Source of the DNA: an uncultured Gemmatimonadales bacterium
GTDB taxonomy: Bacteria > Gemmatimonadota > Gemmatimonadetes > Gemmatimonadales > Gemmatimonadaceae
Direction of reading: 5' to 3'
Assembly: GCA_963850905.1 (NCBI GenBank)
Contig: CAWKMU010000003.1
Coordinates: 2,848,001-2,912,000, forward strand
DNA: 64,000 nt
Shown here: piece by piece, positions 19,716 to 29,680 of the stretch
Numbering within the stretch: the stretch's first letter is position 1
Layout: the number at the start of each line of letters is the position of its first letter
Program-made: the position numbers and the translations under genes
Notes under the pieces: generated by a model
Seen by the model: only the letters and a program-made list of their open reading frames with translations
What the model was told of the DNA's origin: nothing
The model's database searches: none

Positions 19716-20888
19716 GTGGCCGACGGCTCGAGCCTGATCTCGTCGCCTGACTCGACGTCAGCCCCGGTCGCTCCGCGGCGTGTAGGACGGCCGACCATCG
19801 TGGTCGCGGGCGGAGGGACCGGGGGCCATCTCTACCCGGGACTCGCCATCGCGCGGGCACTGACGAAACTGTCTCCCGGTCTCGACATCCTGTTCATCGG
19901 TGCGCGACGCGGCATCGAGCGCACGATCCTTCCGCAGCAGCCCTTCGCTTACGAGCTGCTCGATCTTCATCCACTCTATCGGCCAGCTGTCTGGCGCAAC
20001 TGGCGTACAGTGTGGGGCGCGGCGAACGCATGGCGCCACCTCGGCAAGCTCTTTGCCCCAGGCCCGCCACAGCTCGTTCTCGGCACCGGCGGGTATGCGT
20101 CGGCCGTGACTTTGGCGTACGCGGCCGCGCACGGTACCCCGATTGTTCAACAGATCGCCGATAGCTATCCGGGATTGACCGCGCGGTGGTTCGTCCGTTT
20201 TTGCCGCGAGGCCTATCTCGGATACCCCGAGGCGGTCGAGCACCTCGGGCACAGTGGACGCACGGTGCTGCTCGACACCGGGAACCCGATCGATCCGCCG
20301 CCGGACCCTCATCCCGACCGCGCGACAGCGCGACAGACATGGCAGCTGCCGCCGCACGTCGATACGGTATTGCTCGTCTTTGGCGGCAGTCAGGGGGCGC
20401 GTGCGCTCAACGAAGCGGTCGACGCATGGCTGGACCGTCCGCTCCCCGACCGGTTGGGCGTGATTTGGGCGACGGGCGCGTCCGCGTTCGAGAAATACTC
20501 GCGCCGGGAAGCGGCCACCGTTCGGGTGCGCCCGTATCTCTCGCCGATCGCTGAGGCGTACGCGGCGAGCGATCTCGTACTCGCCAGGGCGGGGGCGATG
20601 ACGACCGCCGAATTGTGCGCGTGGGGGCTCCCCATGGTGCTCGTGCCGCTGCCGACCGCCGCTGCGGATCATCAGAGCGCTAATGCACGGGCGCTCGCTG
20701 CTGCGGGCGCCGCCGTCCATCTCCCGCAGCGCGAACTGACCGTTGATCGCCTCGATACCTGCCTCCGCGATCTCCTGGGCAACCCGGAGCGCCGGCAAGG
20801 ACTGGCCACGGCCGCGCTCGCGCGCGGCCGGCCTGGTGCGTCGGAGACTATTGCTCGTCGGATACTTAGCTTGATTCAGCTCAGGTGA
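19716..20888 (+). CDS. murG: Undecaprenyl-PP-MurNAc-pentapeptide GlcNAc transferase MurG
   Basis: AGGGTGGHLYPG, GTGGYAS, GNP, GGSQGA, RAGAMT and DHQSANA motifs. Start approximate. Confidence 0.94.
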   Translation: MADGSSLISSPDSTSAPVAPRRVGRPTIVVAGGGTGGHLYPGLAIARALTKLSPGLDILFIGARRGIERTILPQQPFAYELLDLHPLYRPAVWRNWRTVWGAANAWRHLGKLFAPGPPQLVLGTGGYASAVTLAYAAAHGTPIVQQIADSYPGLTARWFVRFCREAYLGYPEAVEHLGHSGRTVLLDTGNPIDPPPDPHPDRATARQTWQLPPHVDTVLLVFGGSQGARALNEAVDAWLDRPLPDRLGVIWATGASAFEKYSRREAATVRVRPYLSPIAEAYAASDLVLARAGAMTTAELCAWGLPMVLVPLPTAAADHQSANARALAAAGAAVHLPQRELTVDRLDTCLRDLLGNPERRQGLATAALARGRPGASETIARRILSLIQLR

Positions 20889-20896
20889 TTTCAGGC

Positions 20897-20925
20897 TTGA
20901 GCGTGCGCTGCGGCGATCCTATATT
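20897..20925 (+). promoter_or_regulatory. Internal sigma70-type promoter before murC
   Basis: TTGAGC (20897-20902), 17 bp, TATATT (20920-20925) in the murG-murC gap. Confidence 0.55.
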
Positions 20926-20939
20926 CACCCCGCCGACTC

Positions 20940-22364
20940 ATGCCGCTCATTGACCCCGCCGACGATCGCCCGATCCACTTCGTGGGGATTGCCGGCGCCG
21001 GCATGAGCGCACTCGCCGAGTTGCTCGTTCGCCGGGGTGCCCGCGTCACCGGGTGTGATGCACACGGGGACACGACGGGGGATCTCGAACGGCTCGGTCT
21101 CTCCGTCGCGGCAGGTCACGACCCAGCGCACGTGGACGGCGCGCGTGCAGTCGTCGTGACATCGGCTGTGCCGCGTGATCACCCGGAGTTGGAGCGTGCC
21201 CGCCTGCTGGGCATCCCAGTGATTCGCCGGGCGGAGGCGCTGGCCGAAGCGGTTTCCGGTGGTACGGTCGTCGCAATCGCCGGAACACACGGGAAGACCA
21301 CGACAACCGTCATGACCACGGAGGCTCTCGCGGCAGCTGCCCTGGACCCGACGGGCGTGGTGGGGGGACGGGTGGCGGCGTGGGGCGGCAATTTGCGCCT
21401 TGGTCGCCCCGCTCTGGCTGTTGTGGAGGCCGACGAGTACGATCGATCCTTTCTCGCGTTGGCGCCGACGGTCGCCGTCGTCACGAATATGGAGGCGGAT
21501 CACCTCGATATCTATTCGGATATGGCCGACATCCGAACGGCGTTCGCGACCTTTGTCCGACCCGCTTCGCAGATCGTCATCGGGGCCGACGACGCTGGCG
21601 CCGCAAGCCTGTCGCTCCCGCGGAGTGCGCGCGTGGTCCGGTTCGGGATCACGGCGGCCGATGCCGATCTCGCCGCCCACCAGGTCCGGGTGACGACGAG
21701 CGGCTCCACGTTTGATGTGGTGTCGAACGGCGATCGCCTGGGGCGGGTGACCCTGCGCGTGCCCGGGCTGCACAACGTCAGGAACGCACTCGCAGCGATT
21801 GGTGCGAGTCTCGCTGTTGGAGCGTCGTTCGACGCTCTCGTGCCGGGCCTCGAGCGTTTCACGGGCGTGGAACGCAGGTTTCAGCGGCTTGGTGAAATTG
21901 GCGAGGTGGCCGTCATCGACGACTACGCGCACCACCCGACTGAAATCAGCGCCACATTGGCCGCGGCACGCGACGCATTCCCGCGCCGCCGCATCATCGT
22001 CGCGTTTCAGCCCCACTTGTTTACGCGGACCCGGGACTTCGCGCAGGAATTCGGGGTCGCGCTGAGCGCCGCTGACCTCGTGTTCCTGGCGGATATCTAC
22101 CCGGCACGCGAGCGTCCGCTCCCCGGGGTCTCCTCGGATCTCATTGCTCGCGCGATCACCGACCGTGGGGGGACCGTTGCCTGGCGTGGCGACCGCCCGA
22201 CGCTGGCGAGCGCCCTCGGGCGGATGGTCCGGCCTGGCGACGTCGTGCTGACCGTTGGCGCGGGCGATATCACTCGGACGGGGCCGGAGCTACTGGCCTT
22301 GCTCGCGGGCCCAACGACGCCGGGCGAGCACGCGGCGCCGGCCACAAAGCGGCGCTCCGCCTGA
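20940..22364 (+). CDS. murC: UDP-MurNAc--L-alanine ligase MurC
   Basis: HFVGIAGAGMS, GTHGKTTTT, EADEYD, DHLD, DDYAHHPTE and FQPH motifs. Confidence 0.97.
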   Translation: MPLIDPADDRPIHFVGIAGAGMSALAELLVRRGARVTGCDAHGDTTGDLERLGLSVAAGHDPAHVDGARAVVVTSAVPRDHPELERARLLGIPVIRRAEALAEAVSGGTVVAIAGTHGKTTTTVMTTEALAAAALDPTGVVGGRVAAWGGNLRLGRPALAVVEADEYDRSFLALAPTVAVVTNMEADHLDIYSDMADIRTAFATFVRPASQIVIGADDAGAASLSLPRSARVVRFGITAADADLAAHQVRVTTSGSTFDVVSNGDRLGRVTLRVPGLHNVRNALAAIGASLAVGASFDALVPGLERFTGVERRFQRLGEIGEVAVIDDYAHHPTEISATLAAARDAFPRRRIIVAFQPHLFTRTRDFAQEFGVALSAADLVFLADIYPARERPLPGVSSDLIARAITDRGGTVAWRGDRPTLASALGRMVRPGDVVLTVGAGDITRTGPELLALLAGPTTPGEHAAPATKRRSA

Positions 22365-22366
22365 TC

Positions 22367-23062
22367 ATGCCGTCTGCCATGCATGCGCCGCTCCGCCGGT
22401 CGGCACTTGTCGCTGGCCTCGTCGCCATCGGTGGCTCGGCACCCTGGTGGGGGACGCACGCGCTCGGGACACTCGCTTTCTTCCGGGTGCGCGCCGTCGA
22501 GGTCCAGGGTGCACATTATGTCTCACCTCAGGCGGTGGTCGAGCGGCTCCGTGTCGATACACTGATGTCGGTGTGGAATGATCTTCGCCCGCTCGCCGGG
22601 CGCGTACGAGCCATGGCCGGGATCCGGGACGTCGCCATTGGACGCTCGCTTCCGAGCACGATCGTCGTCCACGTTACCGAGCGTACCCCCGTGGCATTCG
22701 CACCAACGGTTGCTGGTCTCCGCGTGTTCGACGGGACCGGTGCGCCGCTCCCGATTGATCCGACGCGGGAGGATCTCGACTTGCCGGTCGTCCAGCACAG
22801 CGATGTCGGGACCCTCAAGCTGCTCGCGAGCCTGCGGGAGCACGTACCGGTTTTCTACGCTCAGATCAGCCAGGTTCGGCGAACCCCGACGGGTGACCTC
22901 GTGTTTCAACTGCCCGGTCTGCGCGTGCTTGCGCTGAGCGACGCCGATCCGCAACGCTTTGCGACGGTGCCGCTGGTGACGGCTGATCTCGTGCGGCGCA
23001 GGGTGCACGCGCAGGAGATCGATCTGCGTTTCCGCGATCAAGTCGTTGCGAGGTGGCAATGA
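22367..23062 (+). CDS. ftsQ: Cell division protein FtsQ/DivIB-like
   Basis: Between murC and ftsA; TM helix, POTRA-like FRVRAVEVQG...LPSTIVVHVTERTPVA, and C-terminal IDLRFRDQVV. Confidence 0.85.
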   Translation: MPSAMHAPLRRSALVAGLVAIGGSAPWWGTHALGTLAFFRVRAVEVQGAHYVSPQAVVERLRVDTLMSVWNDLRPLAGRVRAMAGIRDVAIGRSLPSTIVVHVTERTPVAFAPTVAGLRVFDGTGAPLPIDPTREDLDLPVVQHSDVGTLKLLASLREHVPVFYAQISQVRRTPTGDLVFQLPGLRVLALSDADPQRFATVPLVTADLVRRRVHAQEIDLRFRDQVVARWQ

Positions 23063-23072
23063 GGTGTTGCCG

Positions 23073-24348
23073 ATGACCGCGCGGGGAAGCGTCTCTGACA
23101 AGCTCGTCGCCGCCCTCGACATCGGCTCGGCCAAGACGACAGCGGTCATCGCGGATGTCGTCGGCGATCTGCCGCGCAGTCCGCGCATCAAGATCCTCGG
23201 AGTCGGGCAGGCGCGGACGACGGGCCTCCGTCGGGGCGTCGTCGCTGACATCGAGGAGACGACTCGGTCGATCCGCAAATCGCTCGAGGACGCCGAGCGC
23301 ATGGCGGGTGCGCGCGTGGCGGAAGTGTTTGCAGGCATCGCCGGAGCACACGTGCAAGCGATGACGAGCACGGGCGTGGTTGCCGTCAACGGAGAGGAGA
23401 TCACGCGCGCGGACGTCGAGCGTGCCAACGATGTCGCGCGCGCGCAGGCGATCCCGGCGGATCGCGAGCTGTTGCATGCGATCCCCCAGGAGTACACGGT
23501 CGATCGAAATCGAGGCATCCGCGATCCCATCGGCATGATCGGCACGCGGCTCGAGACGGAGATGTACCTCGTGACGATCGGTGGGTCACCCGCTGTCAAT
23601 CTGCGCAAGGCGGTCGAACGCGCAGGCTACCGCGTCCGCGAACTTGTTCTCGAGCCATTGGCGAGCGCGCTGAGCGTCCTCACTGACGATGAGAAGGAGC
23701 TCGGGGTGGGTCTGGTCGAGCTTGGCGCCGGCACCACGGATCTCGCCATCTTTCATGAAGGGAAAATTCGGCACCTCGCCAGCGTGAACTTCGGCGGGAA
23801 CAGCGTCACCAACGACATCGTGCTTGGCCTCAAAGTGACGCCAGACGATGCCGACCGCCTGAAAGAGCGCTACGGCTGCGCGTACGAGGCACTGGCAGAC
23901 CCGGACCTGGTCATTCCGCTGCCCAGCACCGCCGCACAGGGGGAACGGATGCTCGACCAGCGCATCCCTCGTTCACATCATCCATCAGCGCATGGATGAG
24001 GTGTTCGAGCTGGTGCAGCGCGAGATTACGGACGCCGGGTACGCGAGACGCCTCAGTGCCGGGATCGTGCTGACGGGTGGTGGCGCGGGCATGCGCGGGA
24101 TGCGCGACCTCGCGACCGACGTGTTCGGCATCGGCGTGCGCGTCGGATCGCCGGCCGATAACACGAGCGGGCTGAGCGATGCGGTCGAGGCGCCCCGCTT
24201 CGCGACCGCCGTAGGCCTGGCGGAGTACGGCGCACAGCGCGTCGCGCTCGGGGGCGCGGCCAGTGGTGTGCGGCGCACCCCGGCGAGTAGCCCCGGGGTC
24301 GCGCGGTGGATCGAGCGAGTGCGTGTGTGGCTGCAGGACTTTTTTTGA
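23073..24348 (+). CDS. ftsA: Cell division protein FtsA (+1 frameshift near 23966)
   Basis: ALDIGSAKT, GVVADIE, PQEYTVD, ELGAGTTD and FGGNSVTNDI; continues in the next frame with GIVLTGGG, ATAVGL and the amphipathic end WLQDFF. Confidence 0.93.
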
Positions 24349-24404
24349 GCTTGCTCGCGTCTGTCCTTCTGAGTTCTCATAAAGATGATGTCAGCTCGCG
24401 CGAC

Positions 24405-24413
24405 TGTGGATAA
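24405..24413 (-). promoter_or_regulatory. Perfect DnaA box (TTATCCACA on - strand) upstream of ftsZ
   Basis: TGTGGATAA at 24405-24413 in the ftsA-ftsZ intergenic region; a candidate -10 TATATT lies at 24486-24491. Confidence 0.6.
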
Positions 24414-24556
24414 GTTCGCGCGCGCGACCGGTTTCTGTTTTGCATGTGGGTCGTCGGCAAGTGTGGTCGCGGGAGGGAAAAACGTTATATTGCCGCGTCC
24501 AAAACACGGTCGGTTCGGACGGTCCGTCATTCACTCGTAGTGGAGTTCCGCTCGCC

Positions 24557-25751
24557 ATGATCTTCGAACTCGAGGAGAGCGCGTCGCAGAATGCCCGGAT
24601 GAAGGTGGTGGGCATTGGCGGTGGCGGCGGCAACGCGGTGAACCGGATGATCGAGGAGCATCTCGAGGGCGTCGAGTTCATCTCGGTCAACACCGACGCG
24701 CAGGCTCTGCTGAATTCGAAGTCGGACGTCAAGATCCAGATCGGGAAGAAGCTGACCCGAGGACTCGGCGCGGGTGCCCGCCCGGAGATCGGACGTCAGG
24801 CCATCGAGGAGAATCGGGAGGAAGTGGCGCGCTCCCTGGCCGGGGCCGATCTGGTGTTTATCACCTGCGGCATGGGTGGAGGTACTGGAACCGGGGCAGC
24901 CCCGATTGCGTGTGAGCTGGCGCGGGAAGTGGGTGCCCTCACGGTCGGGATCGTGACCAAGCCCTTCCTCTTCGAGGGGCGAAAGCGAATGCGCCAGGCT
25001 GAGATCGGCATCGCCGAGATGCGCAAGAACGTGGACACCATGATCGTGGTGCCCAACGAACGATTGCTCGCGGTCGTCGGGAAGGGGATCCCCTTCCAGG
25101 ACGCACTCAAGAAGGCGGACGAGGTGTTGCTGCACGCTACGCAGGGCATCTCGAGCCTGATCAGCGTCACGGGATTGGTCAACGTCGATTTTGCGGATGT
25201 GCGGACGGTCATGCAGGCGGGCGGGAGCGCACTGATGGGCACCGGTATCGGCCGCGGCGAGAACCGGGCGATGGAAGGCGCGCAGCAGGCAATCTCCTCA
25301 CCGCTGCTCGACAACATCTCGATCTCGGGCGCGACGGGCGTCCTCGTCAACATCACGGGCGGGGCCGATCTGACGCTGGGTGAGGTGCACCAGATCAACG
25401 AGATCATTCACGACGCCGTGGGCGACGACGCAGAGATCATTTTCGGCGCCGTGCATGAGCCCGCGATGCAGGGCGAGATCCGCGTAACCGTGATCGCAAC
25501 GGGATTCGATCGGCCCACGGTGGGTGCGTCGGGCGCGGTTGCAGCTGCAAGCGACTCTGGCAAGGGTCCGCCGGTCCTCCCGTTTCCCGCCCAGCGACAG
25601 CAGCGGCCGACGGTCGGCGCCACCCGCGTCGGAAACACAACCGATCTCCGCCGAGTGCCCAACACGTCGATCCCCCGCGAAGAGCGAACGGCTGCGCAGG
25701 ATCTCAGCGACATGGAGATCCCGACGTTCATTCGGAGACAGAATGGATTGA
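24557..25751 (+). CDS. ftsZ: Cell division protein FtsZ (+1 frameshift near 25742 hides the true stop)
   Basis: [26 protein letters not shown] and NVDFAD motifs. The C-terminal core [11 protein letters not shown] becomes ...RQMD* (TGA 25749-25751) if one A of CAGAATG is removed. Confidence 0.95.
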
Positions 25752-26821
25752 CCTGGGCGGGCGCACGCCCCATTGCGTTCGCGGTGGCGGCGTCGCTCGC
25801 GGCGCTCACGGTCACGGCGCGGCCCGCAGTGGCCCGCGCGGCGCGCGCTCGGGCCCCCGGTGCCCAGGCCAAGGCGCCGGCCAGCGATACGAATGGGCGG
25901 GTCGTTGCGGCACACTTACCGCGGCTTCCGCCACTCGTCGTCGAGGCGAAAGCGGTCACGGACACAGTGCTGGTCGCCGGGCGTATCGCCACCAACCTGT
26001 ACGCCGCGCTGGACTCCTGCGCCGCGGCGACGTTCCCGCTCCATGCCCGATGGAAGTTGGCATGGTCAGTCGCGGACATCCTCGAGTACCGCGTCGACAT
26101 GAGCCGTGACCTCCGGGTTGGCGACGGATTCCGGGTTTTGGTCGAACGAGAGTTCGATCCGGCTGATGGGTTCCACACCGGACCCGTACTCGCGCTCATA
26201 TTCGTCGAATCCCGAGATACGCTCACTGCGATTCGTTTCCGTGCGACGACGTCGCTGAACGAGTCAGTCGCGAGCCAATACTTCGATGTGCGCGGACGAT
26301 CGCTGCGAGCGGCGTTCCTGCGAGCCCCGGTGGAATTCCGGCGGATCTCGAGCGGATTCGGAATGCGCCTCCACCCGATTCTCAAGGTTTGGCGCGCGCA
26401 CAAGGGCACGGACTATGTAGCCCCTGCCGGCACACCTGTCCGTGCGATCGGCGATGGCACGGTGATTTTCGCCGGTCAGAAAGGCGGCTACGGGAATGTG
26501 ATCGATCTCCGCCATCCCAATGGATACGTGACGCGCTACGGGCACCTATCACGCTTCGCGACGGGCATCCATCGCGGCGCGCGGGTGACGATCGGGAAGA
26601 CAATCGCTTATGTAGGGATGACGGGGTTGGCAACCGCCCCGCACTTGCACTTCGAAGTCCTTGTCAACGGCGTGCAGCACGATCCGCGCGTCGCGCTTCG
26701 GGATCGTGGTTCGGGCGAGCCGGTACCGTCCGCGCAACGTCCGGAGTTCGACGCGTTGGCGCTGCGCGCGATGGCTGCGTTGCATGGGGGACCGCCAATG
26801 GGGGCAGTCGCGGCTAACTGA
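25748..26821 (+). CDS. M23 family peptidoglycan endopeptidase (MepM-like)
   Basis: TTG 25748 overlaps the ftsZ stop; signal/anchor [31 protein letters not shown] (HxxxD), GYGN, YGHL and HLHFE (HxH) motifs. Confidence 0.88.
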   Translation: MTWAGARPIAFAVAASLAALTVTARPAVARAARARAPGAQAKAPASDTNGRVVAAHLPRLPPLVVEAKAVTDTVLVAGRIATNLYAALDSCAAATFPLHARWKLAWSVADILEYRVDMSRDLRVGDGFRVLVEREFDPADGFHTGPVLALIFVESRDTLTAIRFRATTSLNESVASQYFDVRGRSLRAAFLRAPVEFRRISSGFGMRLHPILKVWRAHKGTDYVAPAGTPVRAIGDGTVIFAGQKGGYGNVIDLRHPNGYVTRYGHLSRFATGIHRGARVTIGKTIAYVGMTGLATAPHLHFEVLVNGVQHDPRVALRDRGSGEPVPSAQRPEFDALALRAMAALHGGPPMGAVAAN

Positions 26822-26859
26822 GACTGTCGACTACGGCGTCCGTCGCTGCCAGTCGTGGT

Positions 26860-26891
26860 CTACTTTCTACTTTTTTCTGCCCTGCTACTTT
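26860..26891. repeat. Short heptamer repeat CTACTTT (3 copies) in a pyrimidine-rich intergenic tract
   Basis: CTACTTT at 26860, 26867 and 26885. Confidence 0.45.
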
Positions 26892-26928
26892 CTCCGGCGC
26901 ATTTTGCGCCCGCGCTACATTTCCCGGC

Positions 26929-28746
26929 ATGGCGCTCTGGGTCACTGCGGTCTGCATCGGCTTGGTGGCTGCGCTCGTGCAATACGGTCGTCCATCGGGC
27001 GGCGGATGGATCGCGGCTGTGTTGCGAATCATCGCCATCGCGGGCCTCGTGGGCTTGTGGCTCGACGCCCCAGTCGGTCGTAGCCCTCGTATCCGACCGT
27101 TTGCGGCGCTCGATGTATCGAGGAGTTGGCTCCGCGGCGGTGACACGGCGGCGTATCGAACGGCCGAGGGCGACGTCGCCGCGGTTGGCGCGGACTCGGT
27201 GTTCCTCTTTGGCGATTCGATTCGCACCGACGCGCCGCCCGCCGTGCCCAATGACGTGCGCAGCCGCGTGCGCCCCGCGGTCGAGCGCGCGTTGGCTGCG
27301 GGTCGGCCCCTGGTCCTGGTCACCGATGGGGAGCTCGATGACCCGGAGGCGGTAGCCGAGTTGCCGGCGGGCTCGAGTGTGATCGTCGTGCCTCACACGA
27401 AACGGCCGGACGCAGCCCTTGCGACCCTGGACGCTCCACGTGCGGCTGTCGCCGGTGATACCATCGAGATTCACGCGACGGTTGCCGCCGGAGCAGGTGG
27501 TTCGCCCGCCGGCGCCGTGGCGATCAGCGTGGCTGACCGTCCCGCGACGCCATCCACGACCGTATCGGTCGAGGCCCTCGCGCCGCGAGTCGAGCGTACG
27601 ATCAGCGTCCGAACAGTCGTCCCGCGTGGTGACGGTCCGCAGGCCGTACGAGCCGTGTGGACAGGGGCCGGCGACGCCGACAGTCACAACGACACGTTGA
27701 CCGTGCCAATCGATGTGTCGCCGGCTGCCGGAGCCGTCTTCATTAGTACGTCGCCAGACGAAGACGCGCGCTACGCGTTAGCGGTTCTCCGTGGAGCGCT
27801 TGCCCTCCCGACCCGCGGCTATTTTCGGGTGGCCGCTGGGCAGTGGCGGGTCGACGGGACGCTGGCGCCGATCAGTGAGTCCGACGTGCGGCGGGCCGTC
27901 GCCGCGGCGCCGCTGGTGGTGCTGCACGGTGACACGAGCGTGTTTGGCCCGCCCCTGGCCGCGACCCGTGGTGCCCTAGCGCTCGTGGTCGCTCCCATCG
28001 CCCGATCGTCCGATGAATGGTTCGCGACGGGCGCACCCCCTTCACCGATCGCCTCCGCACTGACGGGCGTCGCTTGGGATAGCCTGCCACCGATCGACAT
28101 TGGCGCGCCTACGGCCTCGACCGCGCCAGGCGACTGGCAGGCGCTCGAGGTCAAGCGAGGCCGACGTTTCGACGCCCGCGTCATGGTCAGCGGCGGCGCT
28201 GTCAGCGGTCGGCGACGCGTCGTCATCCCGGTCAACGGGCTGTGGCGCTGGCGATTCCGGGGTGGCGTAAGCGCGGACGCGTTCGCTGCCCTGTGGGGCG
28301 CCCTCTTCGACTGGCTGGCCGCGGAGCGTCGCGACCTTCGGCCAGCGGTGCCAGCTGACGCCCTGGTGCGAGAGGGCGATCCGATCCGCTGGCGCCGCGG
28401 CAGCGGAGGCGACAGCACGACACTCGTCGTGCTGACGCGTCGGGTTGCGGGCGCAAGACCGGACACGCTGCGGATGTCGTTCGCCTCGGGAGCCCAAATG
28501 ACCGAGACCCAGGCGCTCGAGGCGGGATCCTACGATGTGCGGACGGCCGCAGGCCCGGCGCTGCTTGTGGTGAACCCATCGCGGGAATGGTTGCCGCGTG
28601 ACCCCACGGTCACGACTGGCGAGATCCAGGGGGTCACACTCGCCGGGCCCTCACCGCGCCTGCGTGCGCTCCCGTGGATTTACGTACTGCTCGTCGCGCT
28701 GCTGTGCGGCGAGTGGCTCCTTCGCCGACGCATCGGGATGCGCTGA
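26929..28746 (+). CDS. Membrane-anchored protein with vWA-like MIDAS motif and Ig-like segment
   Basis: Two N-terminal TM helices; LDVSRS (DxSxS) and LVTDGE; beta-rich segment ending DADSHND; C-terminal TM with EWLLRRR. Confidence 0.7.
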   Translation: MALWVTAVCIGLVAALVQYGRPSGGGWIAAVLRIIAIAGLVGLWLDAPVGRSPRIRPFAALDVSRSWLRGGDTAAYRTAEGDVAAVGADSVFLFGDSIRTDAPPAVPNDVRSRVRPAVERALAAGRPLVLVTDGELDDPEAVAELPAGSSVIVVPHTKRPDAALATLDAPRAAVAGDTIEIHATVAAGAGGSPAGAVAISVADRPATPSTTVSVEALAPRVERTISVRTVVPRGDGPQAVRAVWTGAGDADSHNDTLTVPIDVSPAAGAVFISTSPDEDARYALAVLRGALALPTRGYFRVAAGQWRVDGTLAPISESDVRRAVAAAPLVVLHGDTSVFGPPLAATRGALALVVAPIARSSDEWFATGAPPSPIASALTGVAWDSLPPIDIGAPTASTAPGDWQALEVKRGRRFDARVMVSGGAVSGRRRVVIPVNGLWRWRFRGGVSADAFAALWGALFDWLAAERRDLRPAVPADALVREGDPIRWRRGSGGDSTTLVVLTRRVAGARPDTLRMSFASGAQMTETQALEAGSYDVRTAAGPALLVVNPSREWLPRDPTVTTGEIQGVTLAGPSPRLRALPWIYVLLVALLCGEWLLRRRIGMR

Positions 28747-28747
28747 C

Positions 28748-29680
28748 ATGGCACCCCTCCTTCACCGGTCCACGGACGCGCCTCGGCGGTCGCTTTGGGA
28801 GCGCATCAAGGACCTGGCACTCACCGATGTCGGCGTGGTCATGCGGGGAGGCGTCAGCGAGGGCTCGCTCGAGAAACTCGAGGAAGTGCTACTCGAGGCG
28901 GATTTCGGTGTGCCGACCACGGCTCGGCTGATTGCGGACGTGGATCGGGAGGCGCGAGAGGGCGCGATTCGCACGCAATTGGAATTTCTCGAGACGCTGC
29001 GCTCCGGCATCGAGACGGCGCTGCGTGCGGGGCAGAGCGGCGCCACGTTGCACATGGCGCCTGAGCCACCGACCGTGATGCTCGTGATCGGGGTCAACGG
29101 AGCGGGGAAAACGACCTTCATCGGCAAGTTGGCCGCGCAGCTTCGTGCAGAGGGCAAGCGGGTGCTGGTCGCGGCAGGCGACACGTTTCGCGCTGGCGCG
29201 GTCGATCAGTTGCGCGCGTGGGCCGACCGCGCCGGGGCGGCGTTCGTCGGCGGCGCCACGGGCCGCGACCCCGCCGCCGTCGCGGTGGATGCGATCGAAG
29301 CGGGCGTGGCGTCCAGAGTCGACGTGATCATCATCGACACGGCCGGCCGGCTCCATACCAGCGGCGCCTTGATGGAGGAACTGCGAAAGGTCGCTCGCGT
29401 CGTCGCCAAGCGGCGCGCCGGCGCGCCGCACGAAACGCTGCTCGTACTGGACGCCACCATCGGTCAGAACGCGATCGCGCAGGGCAAGACGTTCGCGGCG
29501 GCCGTGCCGGTCACAGGTCTGGTGCTTACCAAGGTGGATGGCACGGCCAAGGGCGGGGTGGTGGTTGCGGTTCACGAAGCCCTCGACGTCCCGATCAAAT
29601 TCCTCGGAACGGGCGAGAGCGTCGAGGACCTGGCGCCATTCGACGCGGCAGCCTTCTCCCGTCAGCTGCTCGACGCGTGA
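28748..29680 (+). CDS. ftsY: Signal recognition particle receptor FtsY
   Basis: GVNGAGKTT, GDTFRAGA, DTAGR, GQNA, TKVDGTAKGG and GTGE motifs. Confidence 0.96.
   Translation: MAPLLHRSTDAPRRSLWERIKDLALTDVGVVMRGGVSEGSLEKLEEVLLEADFGVPTTARLIADVDREAREGAIRTQLEFLETLRSGIETALRAGQSGATLHMAPEPPTVMLVIGVNGAGKTTFIGKLAAQLRAEGKRVLVAAGDTFRAGAVDQLRAWADRAGAAFVGGATGRDPAAVAVDAIEAGVASRVDVIIIDTAGRLHTSGALMEELRKVARVVAKRRAGAPHETLLVLDATIGQNAIAQGKTFAAAVPVTGLVLTKVDGTAKGGVVVAVHEALDVPIKFLGTGESVEDLAPFDAAAFSRQLLDA

Noticed and set aside
24440..26821. 793-aa FtsZ-M23 peptidase fusion ORF
   Set aside because: The FtsZ C-terminal core ([11 protein letters not shown]) ends MD* if one A is removed from CAGAATG. The M23 part has its own TTG start and signal/anchor sequence, and the window is full of +1 errors.
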